DNA of 64,000 bases, from positions 256,001 to 320,000 of the forward strand of contig JAXGYC010000007.1 of the NCBI GenBank assembly GCA_040772485.1, given 5' to 3'. Below, in pieces: positions 11,102-22,716 of this stretch. How positions within the stretch are numbered: the stretch's first letter is position 1; each line of letters opens with the position of its first letter. A program made the position numbers and the translations under genes. The DNA comes from Sedimentisphaerales bacterium. Its GTDB lineage: Bacteria > Planctomycetota > Phycisphaerae > Sedimentisphaerales > Anaerobacaceae. Below the pieces are notes generated by a model, which saw nothing but the letters and a program-made list of their open reading frames with translations, was not told where the DNA came from and made no database searches.

Positions 11102-12101
11102 GGAACACTCACACGGTCACAACCCGGCGGATACGCCGCGGCTACAGGAAAGACGAGCCCAGCCCCCAGGCTTCTGGCACAGCCTCGCGCGTAGATCACG
11201 GCGACGGCAAAGTTCCTGGTTTCGCTCCTGCGGAAGAACAAACGCGGAGGAACCAATAGGGGACCCGAAGCCCGTACCAGGCGATGTGAAAAGACACGCC
11301 ATGGCATAGTATGAAAACGTCCGGTGCTTTCGGAAGAACCGGAGAATCCGCTGCCGCGTTGCAGCGTCATCTCAGACTTCACCTGCTCGCTGCTCTTTCC
11401 GCCCAGATGATCTGCCCAACCGGCGTAGAGCACCAGCCGGCCTGTCGGAAGCGATAGCACCAGTCCGTCTCCTCGGCGTACATGAAGAAACCCTCGTCCA
11501 TGGTTCCGACCTGCTCGATCGCCTCGCGACGGATCAGCATGAAACATCCGGAGACCACCTCCACCTCTCGAGTGCCATCATGGTCACCACGTCATGTGCT
11601 CCCGGCCGAGGAGGCCGGCTCCGGGGGAGTATCTTGTACAGATAGGTGCTCGACAGGACCAGGTTGGGCAGCGACGGATACATCGAACAGGTCCGCTGGA
11701 GGGTGCGGTCGGCATTCAGAACACGGCAGCCCACGACCGCCGCGTCGGGACGGGCGTCGGCAAAGGCCACCGTCTTGGCAATCGCCTGGTCCAGCACGAC
11801 CGTGTCGCTGTTGAGCAGCAGGACATAACGCCCCGCTGCCAAGGGCAATTCCCTGATTGTTGGCCGCCGCAAACCCACGGTTCTCCGCATTCTCGATCAG
11901 TCGAACATGCGGAAACTCCTCTCGGACCATGGCCACAGAGTCATCGGCGGACGCGTTGTCTACTACGAGCACTTCGCAGCAGACCGCACCGGCGTTCTTG
12001 TCGATGGACTCAAGACAATCCCGAAGGATGGCCCGCGTGTTCCAACTGACGATGACGATCGATACGTCCACGGTCTTTTCCATGCTCATGTCGGTAGGCA
12101 A
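11098..12101 (-). CDS. GT2 glycosyltransferase (WbbL-like), frameshifted
   Basis: [65 protein letters not shown]. Confidence 0.85.
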
Positions 12102-13360
12102 TCAACGCCTCTTCCAGACGCAGCTGCCGGGGATTGGAGAACACCCATCCGGTGATGGCGAAAGTCAGGTACAACAACGAATGATCTGCCAGAAATAGGA
12201 AACGCCGAAGAAGGAGACGCAGTGTCCGAACAGCGAGATGCAGACTCCCCACAGAAGCCACTGGTGTCCCGTCGAGATCTTGCGGAGGGAGGCCTTGCCC
12301 ACGCGGGCGACCGCCCAGATCACGAGGATGATGAACAGGACGAGGGTGATCAGCCCGCCCCGGACTCCTTCGAGAACGAACTGATTGGTCACATCGAAGA
12401 GCCCCCAGCCCCAGTGGCCGGTCCCGCGCGTTCCCAGCACAGCCCACTCGGAAGAGTGGTTGATCGCCTCATCAATCAGATGATACCGATGCCATCCGGT
12501 CGACCCTCCGATGATGTTCACCCGGGCGATCAGATGCCACACGGGCGCTTTCATGACGATATGCAAAGCTACGAGCATCGCCACGGAGCCATAGGCGGCC
12601 AGACGGCCGTGCTGACGGTATCGAAACAAAGGCATCATGGCGCCCACAATCATCAGGGTTAGAAGCGGCGTGCTCGAGCGCGTCGCGATGATGATAAATA
12701 CGGCGGCGGCCGTCGCCGCCCCGTACAGCCACTTGTGCGTCTCACTCTTCCAGAGCCCGACGAAAAGCGGGACGGCCGTCGCCCAGAACAGCCCCAGCAT
12801 GATCGAATGCGGGAAGGACGCCTGACAACGAAACTCCCCTTCTCGCAACACCGTGTGAACCCGCCCGAGGACGGCAAAGGGGTTCTGCCCCGTCGTCCAC
12901 TCGATGGCCACGAAGACCACCATCACCAGGCAACAGACCGCCAGAGCGCGACCGATCTGCTTGATGTCGTCCCACTTCGTCACGCTCTTTCGGAACAACC
13001 AGTATGTCCCGAGGATGTCAAAGAGAACACCGCACTTGAAGATGATGGCCCCCAAGGTTCCCCACAGCAGAACATAGATCACCGCACCGCAGACGGCCCA
13101 GGCAATGACCAGCTTGTCAAAGGAGTTGATTTGCAGAGGCTTGCTGTCCTGGCTGCACACGATTCGCAGCACTCCGACGACGATGAGAATCCGCAGGGCG
13201 GTGAAGTCCAAGTCCATGATGATGACGCGTTGGTCCGCCGGAACAAAGCAGGCCGCCACAATATAGGGCAAAAGAAAGTATCTCCTCGGCACCAGCAACG
13301 CCAAGACAATAGAATCATTAGCGAACGCGATGGTTCCTGGGTAATGGTAATCACGGACAG
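12070..13360 (-). CDS. O-antigen polymerase/ligase-like (Wzy) multi-pass membrane protein; ends uncertain
   Basis: About 10 hydrophobic segments with RCQASFPHSIMLG, ATRSS and DVTNQFVLEGVRGG; lies inside the EPS locus. Confidence 0.65.
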
Positions 13361-13449
13361 ATAGCCCTCCGGCAATAACCGCGCGGTCACCCCGAACAGG
13401 ATGACAGAACTGATCGAACGCCTGTCAGAACGCAATTCCACCAGACGAT

Positions 13450-14357
13450 AACGACACTTCCGGGCAAAACGGCCAGAACCGGACGTGTGCAGAGGCCGAC
13501 TTTGTCATGTGCCCCTCGCTTTCGCCCAACGCGAGACCTCGACAGCAATCGTGTCGCATGCTCGCGGGTACTGAACCGGCCGCGCGCCCAGCGAATAGCA
13601 ACGTGGATCGGACGGGCCCTCCAGCAGGTTCTTCGCCATTTTGCGACGCTTACCTTCATGCGACTGTTCATGTCATGGTAATATCCACACCGCATACCAA
13701 AGGTGACATCGCGGTACTCTTCGCTCCTCGCGGTGCATCAGGCAGTAGCGAGCTCTTCGGATCGTCCATGTGCTCCTGGCAGACCAGCGGAAGTAATAAA
13801 AACCGTTGATCGGCCCGGCCGACGCCATCTTCAGCCAGTACGCCGTGGTGGCGTTCTCCCGGATCGGCCCGAACGCCTGGAAGTCGCTTCGCTTGATCAA
13901 CAGCCCGGTCCCGCAGGTCCACGGATGCCGGAATATCTGATGGCGTCCAAACGTCTGGATCTTGGTAGCAGCGCGCTCGTAGTCAATCCTCGGGAAAGTA
14001 ATGCCAGCAGGCAACCACCCAAAGCCTCTCGATATCCTGATGGGCCTGTGCCAGCGTGCGCGTCAGCCGGCTGGAACGGGACAGTCGTTGTCCGGCTTTG
14101 CCGAGAAGGTCCGCCTTCGACCGCCCCCAGATTTCGTTTACGGCGGCCGTCTGGCCGGCATTCTCCATACAGAGCACGATGTCCGCGATGCGGGGTCGCT
14201 CACCTCCTTCCCGGGTAGTCCGCAGTCCCGTCCGTCGAGGGCATTGTCCCAGATCGTCAGCGAGAACTCCTCCGTCGGGTCGGCAAGAACCGATGCGAGC
14301 GCCCAGCTTCGTGTATTCCAGCCGCTGATAGGTAATGAACACCAGATCGATGGTCAT
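13450..14357 (-). CDS. GT2-like glycosyltransferase, frameshifted
   Basis: MTIDLVFITYQRLEYTKL, ENAGQTAAVNEIW, CGTGLLIKRSDF in successive frames. Confidence 0.6.
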
Positions 14358-14369
14358 GGCATGAACGCC

Positions 14370-15510
14370 CTAATTCCTCATCGCCAAAAAGCGGGCCGCT
14401 CTCTCAGCGTCCGTCTCTCCGTGCGGATATGGTCTCTCGGCTGGTTGACGAGGTCCGTGACAGACACCGCTCGTACAGGGCCCTGGTGGCCGCGGCTGCG
14501 CTTGCCCATGTCCATTGCGAGGCCTTCTGGCGATTGTACTGGCCCATTGCGGACAACGCCTCGGCCCTCTCCACCGCCTGCCGCATGCTTTCCAGAAGCC
14601 CCGTCTCGCCCGCGGGGTCGTACAAAAGGCGCCGCGATCATCCAGCACATCGGTCAGACATCCCATCGCCGGCCCAATGCAGGGCTTGCCGAACGACATC
14701 GCCAACAAAGCGGCGCCCCGGACGACGAAGTACCGATACGGCAGGACCACCACATCGGCCGCGTTCATATATGCCTGAATCTGATCGTCCGGCACGAAAC
14801 CGGGATGGAATTGTACGTTGCCCAGCCCCGCGCTGGCCGCCTCGATCTTCCGCCGAAACTCCTCGTTCAGCGGCTGACCGGCGATGACCAGGACGGCACG
14901 GTCCGGCCCGAGCTGCTGAAAGGCCTGGATCAGTTCCAGCACGCCCTTATGGGGTCGTACCGCGCTTGAAAACACCACGCGCGTCGTTGACACCCTGCCC
15001 GCGGGCGGCCGCGCGATCGATATGGTTGGGATAATCGCCGATGTAGTTGGCATGTGGGATCACCGCGAAATGCCCTCGATCCTGCAATCGCCATGTGTCG
15101 ATCACCCGTTCTCTGGCATTCTGGCCGTGGACAATCAGGCCGCTCGACAGAGCAGCAACCGTTCGGGCCAGAAGCCAATCCAGTCTCGGGTGGAGCGACT
15201 CATGCGGCACCAGATTGTGGACGGTCCAGACCAACGGGACGCCCCGAAGTCGCAACAGAGCCAGACGCGACACAAATGCCATGGCCCGGAGGAACCGCCA
15301 TTCTCGCCAGCCGAACTCCGGAAGCCAGTGCAAATGGACGATGTCCGGCCTCGTGCTCAGAAAGATGCCGTATCGAAACAGATCTTTGAGGAACTCGCCC
15401 TTCTCCAGCCTGACTCCCAGGGCCGACAGATGTCTCGCAAAGCATCCTGATAGGGGTTCTTGGCGCCCCAGTAAGGAACGAAGGCAACCGACAGTGTCAC
15501 CACGTCTTGC
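14370..15510 (-). CDS. GT4 glycosyltransferase, frameshifted
   Basis: PDIVHLHW, VWTVHNLVPHE, VRPHKGVLELIQAF, YMNAADVVVLPY, AMSFGKP. Confidence 0.8.
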
Positions 15511-15779
15511 GTGTCGGCCCGAGGTGCTCTCGGTGGAGGGCCGCAGCCGCGTGTGGGGCACGCTCGATCCGAGAGTCGAATCCGACAGTGGCTCGGACCT
15601 CACGCTGCTCTTGCCACCTGTCCACACGTTCCGCCTTTGCACAGAGCCTGCCTCGGCTTGCCCACTCGGCGACGTCTTCTCGCCCGCCTCTGCCACCGGC
15701 AGAACGGACTTCCGATTGCATCCGTCCATTGGACACCCGTATCCTGAATGACAATGAGGAAGCTGGGATTCGGACCCGT

Positions 15780-17628
15780 CTGACGTCCGCGCATCCAAGT
15801 CCTGTCGATAAACCCCTCGGTATTCCTTCACCAGCCCCAGCCATACTGCCAACTGCAGAAGGCGAAGCCCATGTTCCCAGCGGAGCTCTTCGTCCTCCAG
15901 GAGAACCTGGCCACGGCCTTTGAACAACACACCATCGAGACTGCTGAGATTCGGCCCATACGTGCGTCGGAGGCGGGCCAACCCCTGGCTCTCGCGCCAA
16001 TACATCGGGTAGTCGTGCCAGGAGTGTTGAATCGGGGCCTTCCACCCGAGACCTTCCATGACGCCGGCGAGCCAATCTGCCATTTTCGGATCGCCCGCTG
16101 CGCCAGACGCCAGAGATGCCCGCTGCAAGGCCGAACGCCATCGTTGGCAGAGGGAATTCGCAGGCCGGGACCCATAACCTCTTGCGCCACTTTCAGGAAG
16201 ATGCGGTCACCGAGCTTGAGTTCCACGGGACAGGTGAAGGCAAAATCCAGCAACCGCCGATCCGCTCCCGCCAGACGGATGGGCAGACGTCTTCTCTGCG
16301 CCGCCCAAGTGGCCACCTCCAGCCACTGCCGGAACGGATAGATCTTCAGAAATTCCGCCACGCTGCCCCGGCGCGGGTCCGCGTTTCTGTCACAGAAATC
16401 TTTCCGGCGCTCCGCCATGCTCTCCAGCACGTCCTGCGGCATGCGCTCGTCCCAGAAATCGCGTGGCACGTCGAGGCCATCGAACGGAATCCGTTCATAG
16501 CGGTTCGGGAGAAGCCCCCCCAGCGGGCGCCGGCAGACGAAATCCTTTGCCGTGTACGCCCTCAGAAGCGTGTCCAGGAGATCGCCCGTCAACAGGACGT
16601 CCACTTCGCTCGTGATGGTGTCCGCAAAGCCGAACAGATGCGCGTGCACGAACTCGCACTCGCATCCAATGAACCGGACCGCCTCCACGAGATGATCTGC
16701 AAGATACTCCTGGTGGCGAATCAATGGAAACCGGGGTCGCCCATATGCGGCCGCAGCGCGCCGCGCCGTCCTGGCTTCACGATTGACCCGGTCGCACATG
16801 GTGAACACGATACCGGCCTTGTCCCTGGGAACGGCGGCCGTCACCAGCCGAGAATCCAGGCCCCCGCTCAGGGCCACGCCGGTCCGGTCGGCCCCGCACC
16901 GCTCCATCACGGCGGCAAGAAACACCTCGCGCAGCCGATCGGCAAGATCCGTCTCGCTGTAGTCCGTCCGTACCTCGGCAGGCGGCTGCTGCCAGTACAA
17001 CCATTGCCTCGACTGCAACTCACCATTCTCCCTGCACATGGCGAAGACAGTGCCGGGAGTAGCCTTCGACAAGATATACATCGTGCACGGAAGTCGCGAG
17101 TGCCCCTGCCGCGGGAACTGGCCGAGCGAAACGGGATCTACCTCCTCCGAAACCTCGCCGGCAACGGCAACCAGGTCGGCGTGCGTGCCCGCCGAGACGG
17201 TCCGTCCATCGGCTCCCTGGCCCAGAAACACCTGCGTCGTGCCCAACGGATCGGTTACGATACGAACCCCGTTTGATCCGCGTACAGAATGGCAAGGCGC
17301 CCGTTCAGTTGCCGGAACACCGGATCATCTTCCAGGAAATCGTCGTGGCCTTGGGCAGAACGGTGCAATGATGCAAGGCAGCGATCAGGCCGCTCCGGAA
17401 CGTCTCGGACATGCCTCCGACAGGGTCCCCCACCCGGGCGAGAACTCCTCCATCTACGCCGATGATGTTCGCGTTGGAAGCGAGCCGATCTTCCAGCACC
17501 GCCACGCTGCCCCAGGCAAAGTCAAAGCCCCGTCCTTGTGGAGCACGCACACCGTATGGCTCCTTCAGCAAAGCGAGCAGGCGCCCGGAATCACAGTCGT
17601 GTCCGATTCGAATCAGAAAATCGCTCAT
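15780..17628 (-). CDS. Asparagine synthase-related protein (PP-loop; N-terminal Cys-type GATase start not evident), frameshifted
   Basis: Starts MSDFLIRIGH; contains GVALSGGLDSRLV, LLTGDLLDTLLR and DRRLLDFAFTCPVELK. Ends are approximate. Confidence 0.7.
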
Positions 17629-18729
17629 GACGCACGTGCACTCTATGAGCACGTCCTCAAGCTCAGCAATCTGTCTCTTGACATCGAATTCCTCCTTGAT
17701 GCGCGTTCGTCCTGCCATTCCAAGGCGCGAGCGCAAATGGGGATCGCGCGCAAGTCGCAGCATGCTCTCTTGCATGCAGGAGCGTCGCCTGCGGGAACCA
17801 ACAACCCCGTCACGCCATCCACCACTTGCTCCGCCAGCCCGCCGCAATCCGTCACCACCACCGGCAGTCCCATGGCGGACGCTTCGGCCACACTGACAGG
17901 CCACCCTTCAGGGACCAGAGAGTGCTGGACGAAGACATCCGACTGCTCAAGCGCATGTCGTACTTCGCTTGGAGACAACCACCCCGTGAAACACACGTTG
18001 TCCCACAGCCCAAGACGCTCTACGAGCGTCTCCAGGTCTTTGCGCTCCGGTCCCTCACCGGCTATGACAAGACGAGCCCCGGGAACCTCGCGCACGACGG
18101 AGGCAAAGGCCCGAATCGTCACGTCCACTCCCTTCAACTTCACAAGGCGACTGACCACGATAAACTGCAGCGGCGAACCACTCCGCTCCTTTGCCGAACA
18201 CGGAAGAGACTCCTCTGTGGGTACGCCACAGGGAATCACATGCACTCTCGCCGGGTCCACCCCATGCGTGACAAGCCAATCCCGCTGCATGGTGTTGACC
18301 ACGATGACTGCATCGAATCGACGAAGGGCAGCCTCAATGCTCCATCGATACCATCGATTGGCCAATCCGCCGGCAAGGTCGGAACCGTGAAAATGCACCG
18401 CGAGAGGTATCGCAAGTTCGCGCCTGGCTATCGAACATCCGCAGCCCCATCGTCCCATATTGACCTGATATCACATCCGGATGGATCGCACGGACGATGC
18501 GGCCGATGGCGGCATACTCCCAGCGCGTCGTCGCAAAGTTCCGGCGCGACAAATTCCGCAATCGATGAAGACGTCGCATCAGTCCGGACGCCTCTTCCGG
18601 CCAGCACCCCGCCTCCTGCATAATGGTCATCGGCACACTGCCGATAGGGAAAAGTCTTTGTTGATGTAACGCCATGTCAAAACCTGGACCCGCATGCGGG
18701 CCATGCCCACGATCTGACGCCACATCCAC
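17624..18729 (-). CDS. GT4 glycosyltransferase, frameshifted
   Basis: VHFHGSD, VIPCGVP, VSRLVKLKG, EGWPVSVAEASAMGLPVVVTDCGG, DGVTGLLV. Confidence 0.85.
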
Positions 18730-18822
18730 GTCTCGCTCACTTCACCGACCGAACGGCAAAACAAAGCGTCAAGCTCGCGTCGGCGTGAACCTCAACCTTT
18801 GCACGACTGGCACATATCTGTG

Positions 18823-19980
18823 TCACGACTTATGCCTCTTTTCCGTACCAGTCATCCTGTACGATATCCGATGTGCTGCACACGGTGATTCTCTTGGCCA
18901 GATGAGCCGGCACGGCAGTAAAGGCTCAATTCCCAGGAGAACGACCAGAAGCCGGGACAGTCCCGGCATGAAGAACTGCCTGTCAGCCGTTCCCGGTCTT
19001 CTTCGAGCTGGTCTGTCTCCTGCATCCACACAGATCAATCCATACAGCAGGCCGTCACGCTCGACAATCAGCGGAGTCTCCCGCAGCAACACCACATCGT
19101 GGCCTTGGAGTCATCCAGAATTCGGACGGCAAGCCACTCCCTGCCTGCCCGAGAAAGCCTCATCCCGAGTTTCTTCTTATACTGCAGGACCCCATCGCCC
19201 AGAGAAACGCACGAGACAAGCCAGGAGTTCGCTCGGCATCACCCTTCTCGCAGAGATGCCGGACCGAGAAATGGTACAGCGCGCCAATGGCTCCATCCCG
19301 AACGAAATCTCGGTTGGCATCTCGCACCCCCAGGCTCCACAACCGAGGCGCTGTATCGGAATACGAGATCAATAGCCCCGCAATCGGCTCGTCCGCCTGC
19401 ATCACCAGAAGAAGCTCGCAGTGCGGGAAGGCCGCCTTCATGGACTCATAGGGCATGATTACGGCACTGCCGCCATGGGCCTGCGATGTACGGCGTACAT
19501 GTGATCGTAGAAGTCTTGGAGATGCTCGAGATCGTGTGTCGCGTGGAACTGCAGCGCGTTCCTGCTAATCTTCCGAAGGTCAGACCGGACGGTTTCCATC
19601 CGCAGGACGCCGGGGTCAGCGGGTTCGACATCGCCCTGCCACCCAGCCGGGAACATATAACCATTGTTCCGGCTTCAATATCGGCGGAAGCGTCCCAGAG
19701 TCTTGACGGCGACCAGGCAGCACCCGCGTCCCTCTTGCACTGTCACCCGGGGAATCTCCCACAGCCACCTCCGGCCGATGCAGCGTTCCTGGCGGGTGTC
19801 GCCGAGGAACCGGCGGAGCAGGTATCTGCAGTCGTTCTGGGCCGCACAGAGCACCATGATCTTAGCGCCGTCCGCAGAGTCCCTGGCACCGGCAATCCGA
19901 AACCGTGGTCGGATCTCATTGAACAGCTCATAACAGCAGGCGAAAGGCCGGGAAAGTCCAGCGCGAACGCCGGGAAACAC
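18823..19980 (-). CDS. GNAT/FemAB-like acyltransferase-fold protein, paralogue 1, frameshifted
   Basis: EIRPRF, DLRKISRNAL, FYDHMY, LGVRDANRD, ALYHF, GLSRAFL, DGVLQYKKKLG. Confidence 0.55.
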
Positions 19981-20199
19981 TCATCAATTCTCTGGCCAGC
20001 CTCCGGGGTCCCCGTGCGCTTGTTGGCGGGCGTTTGGCAGCCTCTGTGGCTCAGACGAACGGGACGGGCCGGCACTGTCAAGGTGTCGCTCCTTGTCGTT
20101 TGCGGGCATGGCGGCAACGGTCGCAGCGATCGTTGCCTGACTTGTCGCCATTTGTCCGATCCATGACTGTTGGCCTCTCACCGGCCAGCCACCCATGCA

Positions 20200-21330
20200 C
20201 TCACCGAAAGCGGCGGCTCCCCACGGCGAGGCCAAGGACCTCCGACGCACCTCTCACACTTATGCGACTCACACCCACGACGCCGGCACTCGCGGTGGAC
20301 GATCCGGGGAACGGAACGATCAGAGGCACGACAGCCCTGGCCAGGAGAACTCCTTGTCCAACTCGGCCACTGCAGCTTTCCGAGAGCGAGCCTGCGTTCG
20401 TCTCGACGAACACCCGCACCCGTGCAATCCTCCACTATCATCGAGAATGGGCGGGTTGTCCTTCAGAGCAGCTCGCGAGGCCTCCGTGTCGTGCGGCACA
20501 CGAAGGTAGAAATACCCTTCTGATGTACTGGAAACCAGCTTCATGCCCAGCTTCTTCTTGTACGCAGAACCCCATCGCGCAGAAACGCCCTCGACTTGCC
20601 GATCACCTGGTGAAGCCCTGCTCGGTCAGATGACGGAACGAAAGATGGTAAATGGCGCTACCGACTCCGTCCCGCAGCGGCTCTCTGTCGCCGTCTCTAA
20701 CACCGCTGACCACCAGCAACGGCTCCGCCTCTGCGTAACTGATCAGATTCCCGGCGACAGGCTTGCCCTGGCGGGTCACCAGGAGGATCTCGCCGTGATC
20801 GAGATGCTTCAGCAACAGGCCGCGAGGCCAGACCCGCGCGCCGTCTCCGTAGAACCTCCTGGCATGCGGCACATACATGTTTGCATAGAAGTCCTCGAAT
20901 TGCTGGAGATCTCGCGTCACCATGTAACCCAGAGCACCCTTACGAATCTTCCGCAGATCTTCTTTGACATTGCTGCTGGCCAGAACCTGCGGAGGCAGGG
21001 GGAGTTCTGCCTCTCCGACGACCCAGGCGGGAATATGAAGCCACTTCTGAGACCCCAGGAATCGGCGAAGACCGGGGCGGACATACACCAGAATCGCGCA
21101 GCAGTGCGGTCCCTTCCGCGCCCAAAGCCTTCGCGACATTCCACAGCCAAGCCCGCCCGACGCACCGTTCTCGACGCTGTCTGCCGAGAATCTGATCGAA
21201 CAGAAAACTCCTCTCCCAGGTGCCGGCGACGCAGAGAATAGAGATCGACAATCCATCGTCCCGCTGTTGACTATCCCCGATCCAGAATCTCGGTCGGATC
21301 TCGTCCCACAAGCGATAGCAGCGGACCAGA
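20200..21330 (-). CDS. GNAT/FemAB-like acyltransferase-fold protein, paralogue 2, frameshifted
   Basis: EIRPRF, EDLRKIRKGAL, FYANMYVP, SGVRDGDRE, AIYHL, SRAFLRDGVL and KLGMKL, collinear with paralogue 1. Confidence 0.55.
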
Positions 21331-21486
21331 GGGTCAAGAAGCCGCCGCCACGAAGGCGGAATCCGGTAGTAGAGCGTCTTGAGCGTTCGCCGCCGACAGC
21401 TGCCACGTCAGGCTTCTGGCAGTTCGACACCGCCTCGCTGCCCAAAGGTCCGGCCTCACACGTCGAGTTATTGCCTACCTTCGCGC

Positions 21487-22716
21487 TCACGTCTGTACCA
21501 CTTTCGTTGGACCGTACGACGGGCGGTGCCAAGCAGTGAACGCATTTTTTCCGTGGCCGGCAATGCCCGCCAGTTCGCGAAGAGCGAGAATCCTCGATAC
21601 GCGGGGACGGCGGCCCCCCAGCACTCGCAGCGCGGCAGGGCGTCCCCATAGATGGGTCCGGCGTCGTAGCAAGGCCTCCTGAGACATCGGCAGGGTGGCG
21701 GCTGTCACCTGCTCAAGCGCCACATAGCCTGCCTTCAGGGCTTGGTGCAGAGCCTGCCTTCCCGCTTCGGTCCGAACCAGCACGAGGGACCGGCCGGCGT
21801 CCTCTGGTTCCACTTTGCGATACCAGGGATCGCCGCAAGAAATGTCGGCCAACTCGCCCGTCGAATCCGGGCAAAGCCGGCAGCGAAACTGCGTGTGCTT
21901 GCTGAGAATGTCGCCCCAGGACTGTTCATAGCTCATGGAGCACTCCGCATCGCTTCGGGAGCTTGTCCTGGCCACGGTACGTCCCGGCCAGCCGCATCCG
22001 CGATACCGAAACTCCGCCACCTCCTCGGGGCGGACGCCCAACTGCGCCAGGATTGCCTTGGTCCCCTGCGTGCTCGGCGTGCCGGCGCAGAAGATGGAAA
22101 TAGCCAGGCGGATCGATCGTCCGTGGCCGTCGCCCAGAGCCTGACATTTGCGCAGGGCCACAACATCACAGGGCTTTCCCACAAACACGGATGCCTCGCC
22201 GTCGCGGTCGATTGTTCCCAACCAGGAACAAGGAGCCGCGGGAGCATACCGTGAGCCAGTTCGCACGAGCAACTCATCCCGATGCCGACTGACAAAGGGA
22301 CTGTTGTCCAGGGGATGCCCGGGCTTGCTGCCAATGTGAAGCACGCCCGGAGAACCCTGCTTCTCCAGGGCGAACAGCGACAGCGCCGTCGCAATCCCCC
22401 CGGACGAACCCAGGTAGCGGATCTCCGGATCCGTCGCATAGCCTTCCCAGACTTCCAGCACGTTACCCCACGCTTGCCGCAGCGAGTCCAGCGCCAAAGC
22501 GTGGGCGGGCGGGCCATCGATGGCCGCCCCAGGGCAAACCGCCAGACACGTCCCGCAGCGGGCGCATCGGGCAGCATCTCTCGTCGGCCGAAGCCCATCG
22601 CCCTCAACGTCCACCAGGGCCAACGCCTTTTCGGGACACACGGAGACACAGGCGCCGCAGCCCAGACAGAGCCGCCAGGCAACGACATCGGAAACCGTGT
22701 CGAAAGGCTGTCTCAT
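21487..22716 (-). CDS. FrhB-like (F420 hydrogenase beta family) 4Fe-4S protein of polysaccharide loci
   Basis: CLGCGACVSVCP, CARCGTCLAVCP, SSGGIAT, GSRY, VGKPC, RCRLCPD, DISCGDPW. The C-terminus may be frameshifted. Confidence 0.85.
   Translation of the reverse strand: MRQPFDTVSDVVAWRLCLGCGACVSVCPEKALALVDVEGDGLRPTRDAARCARCGTCLAVCPGAAIDGPPAHALALDSLRQAWGNVLEVWEGYATDPEIRYLGSSGGIATALSLFALEKQGSPGVLHIGSKPGHPLDNSPFVSRHRDELLVRTGSRYAPAAPCSWLGTIDRDGEASVFVGKPCDVVALRKCQALGDGHGRSIRLAISIFCAGTPSTQGTKAILAQLGVRPEEVAEFRYRGCGWPGRTVARTSSRSDAECSMSYEQSWGDILSKHTQFRCRLCPDSTGELADISCGDPWYRKVEPEDAGRSLVLVRTEAGRQALHQALKAGYVALEQVTAATLPMSQEALLRRRTHLWGRPAALRVLGGRRPRVSRILALRELAGIAGHGKNAFTAWHRPSYGPTKVVQT

Noticed and set aside
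14947..16128. 393-aa ORF as a real AsnB-GT4 fusion; likewise 9549-10934 as a GT2-methyltransferase fusion
   Set aside because: They lie in the frameshift-rich block and stitch parts of neighbouring genes through non-homologous sequence.
8040..21700. Programmed frameshifting or phase variation as the cause of the broken genes
   Set aside because: Too many breaks per gene, and no long slippery or simple-sequence tracts at the breaks examined.
21487..22716. F420 hydrogenase / methanogenesis function
   Set aside because: No other hydrogenase subunits; FrhB-like genes beside pyruvyltransferases are common in polysaccharide loci.
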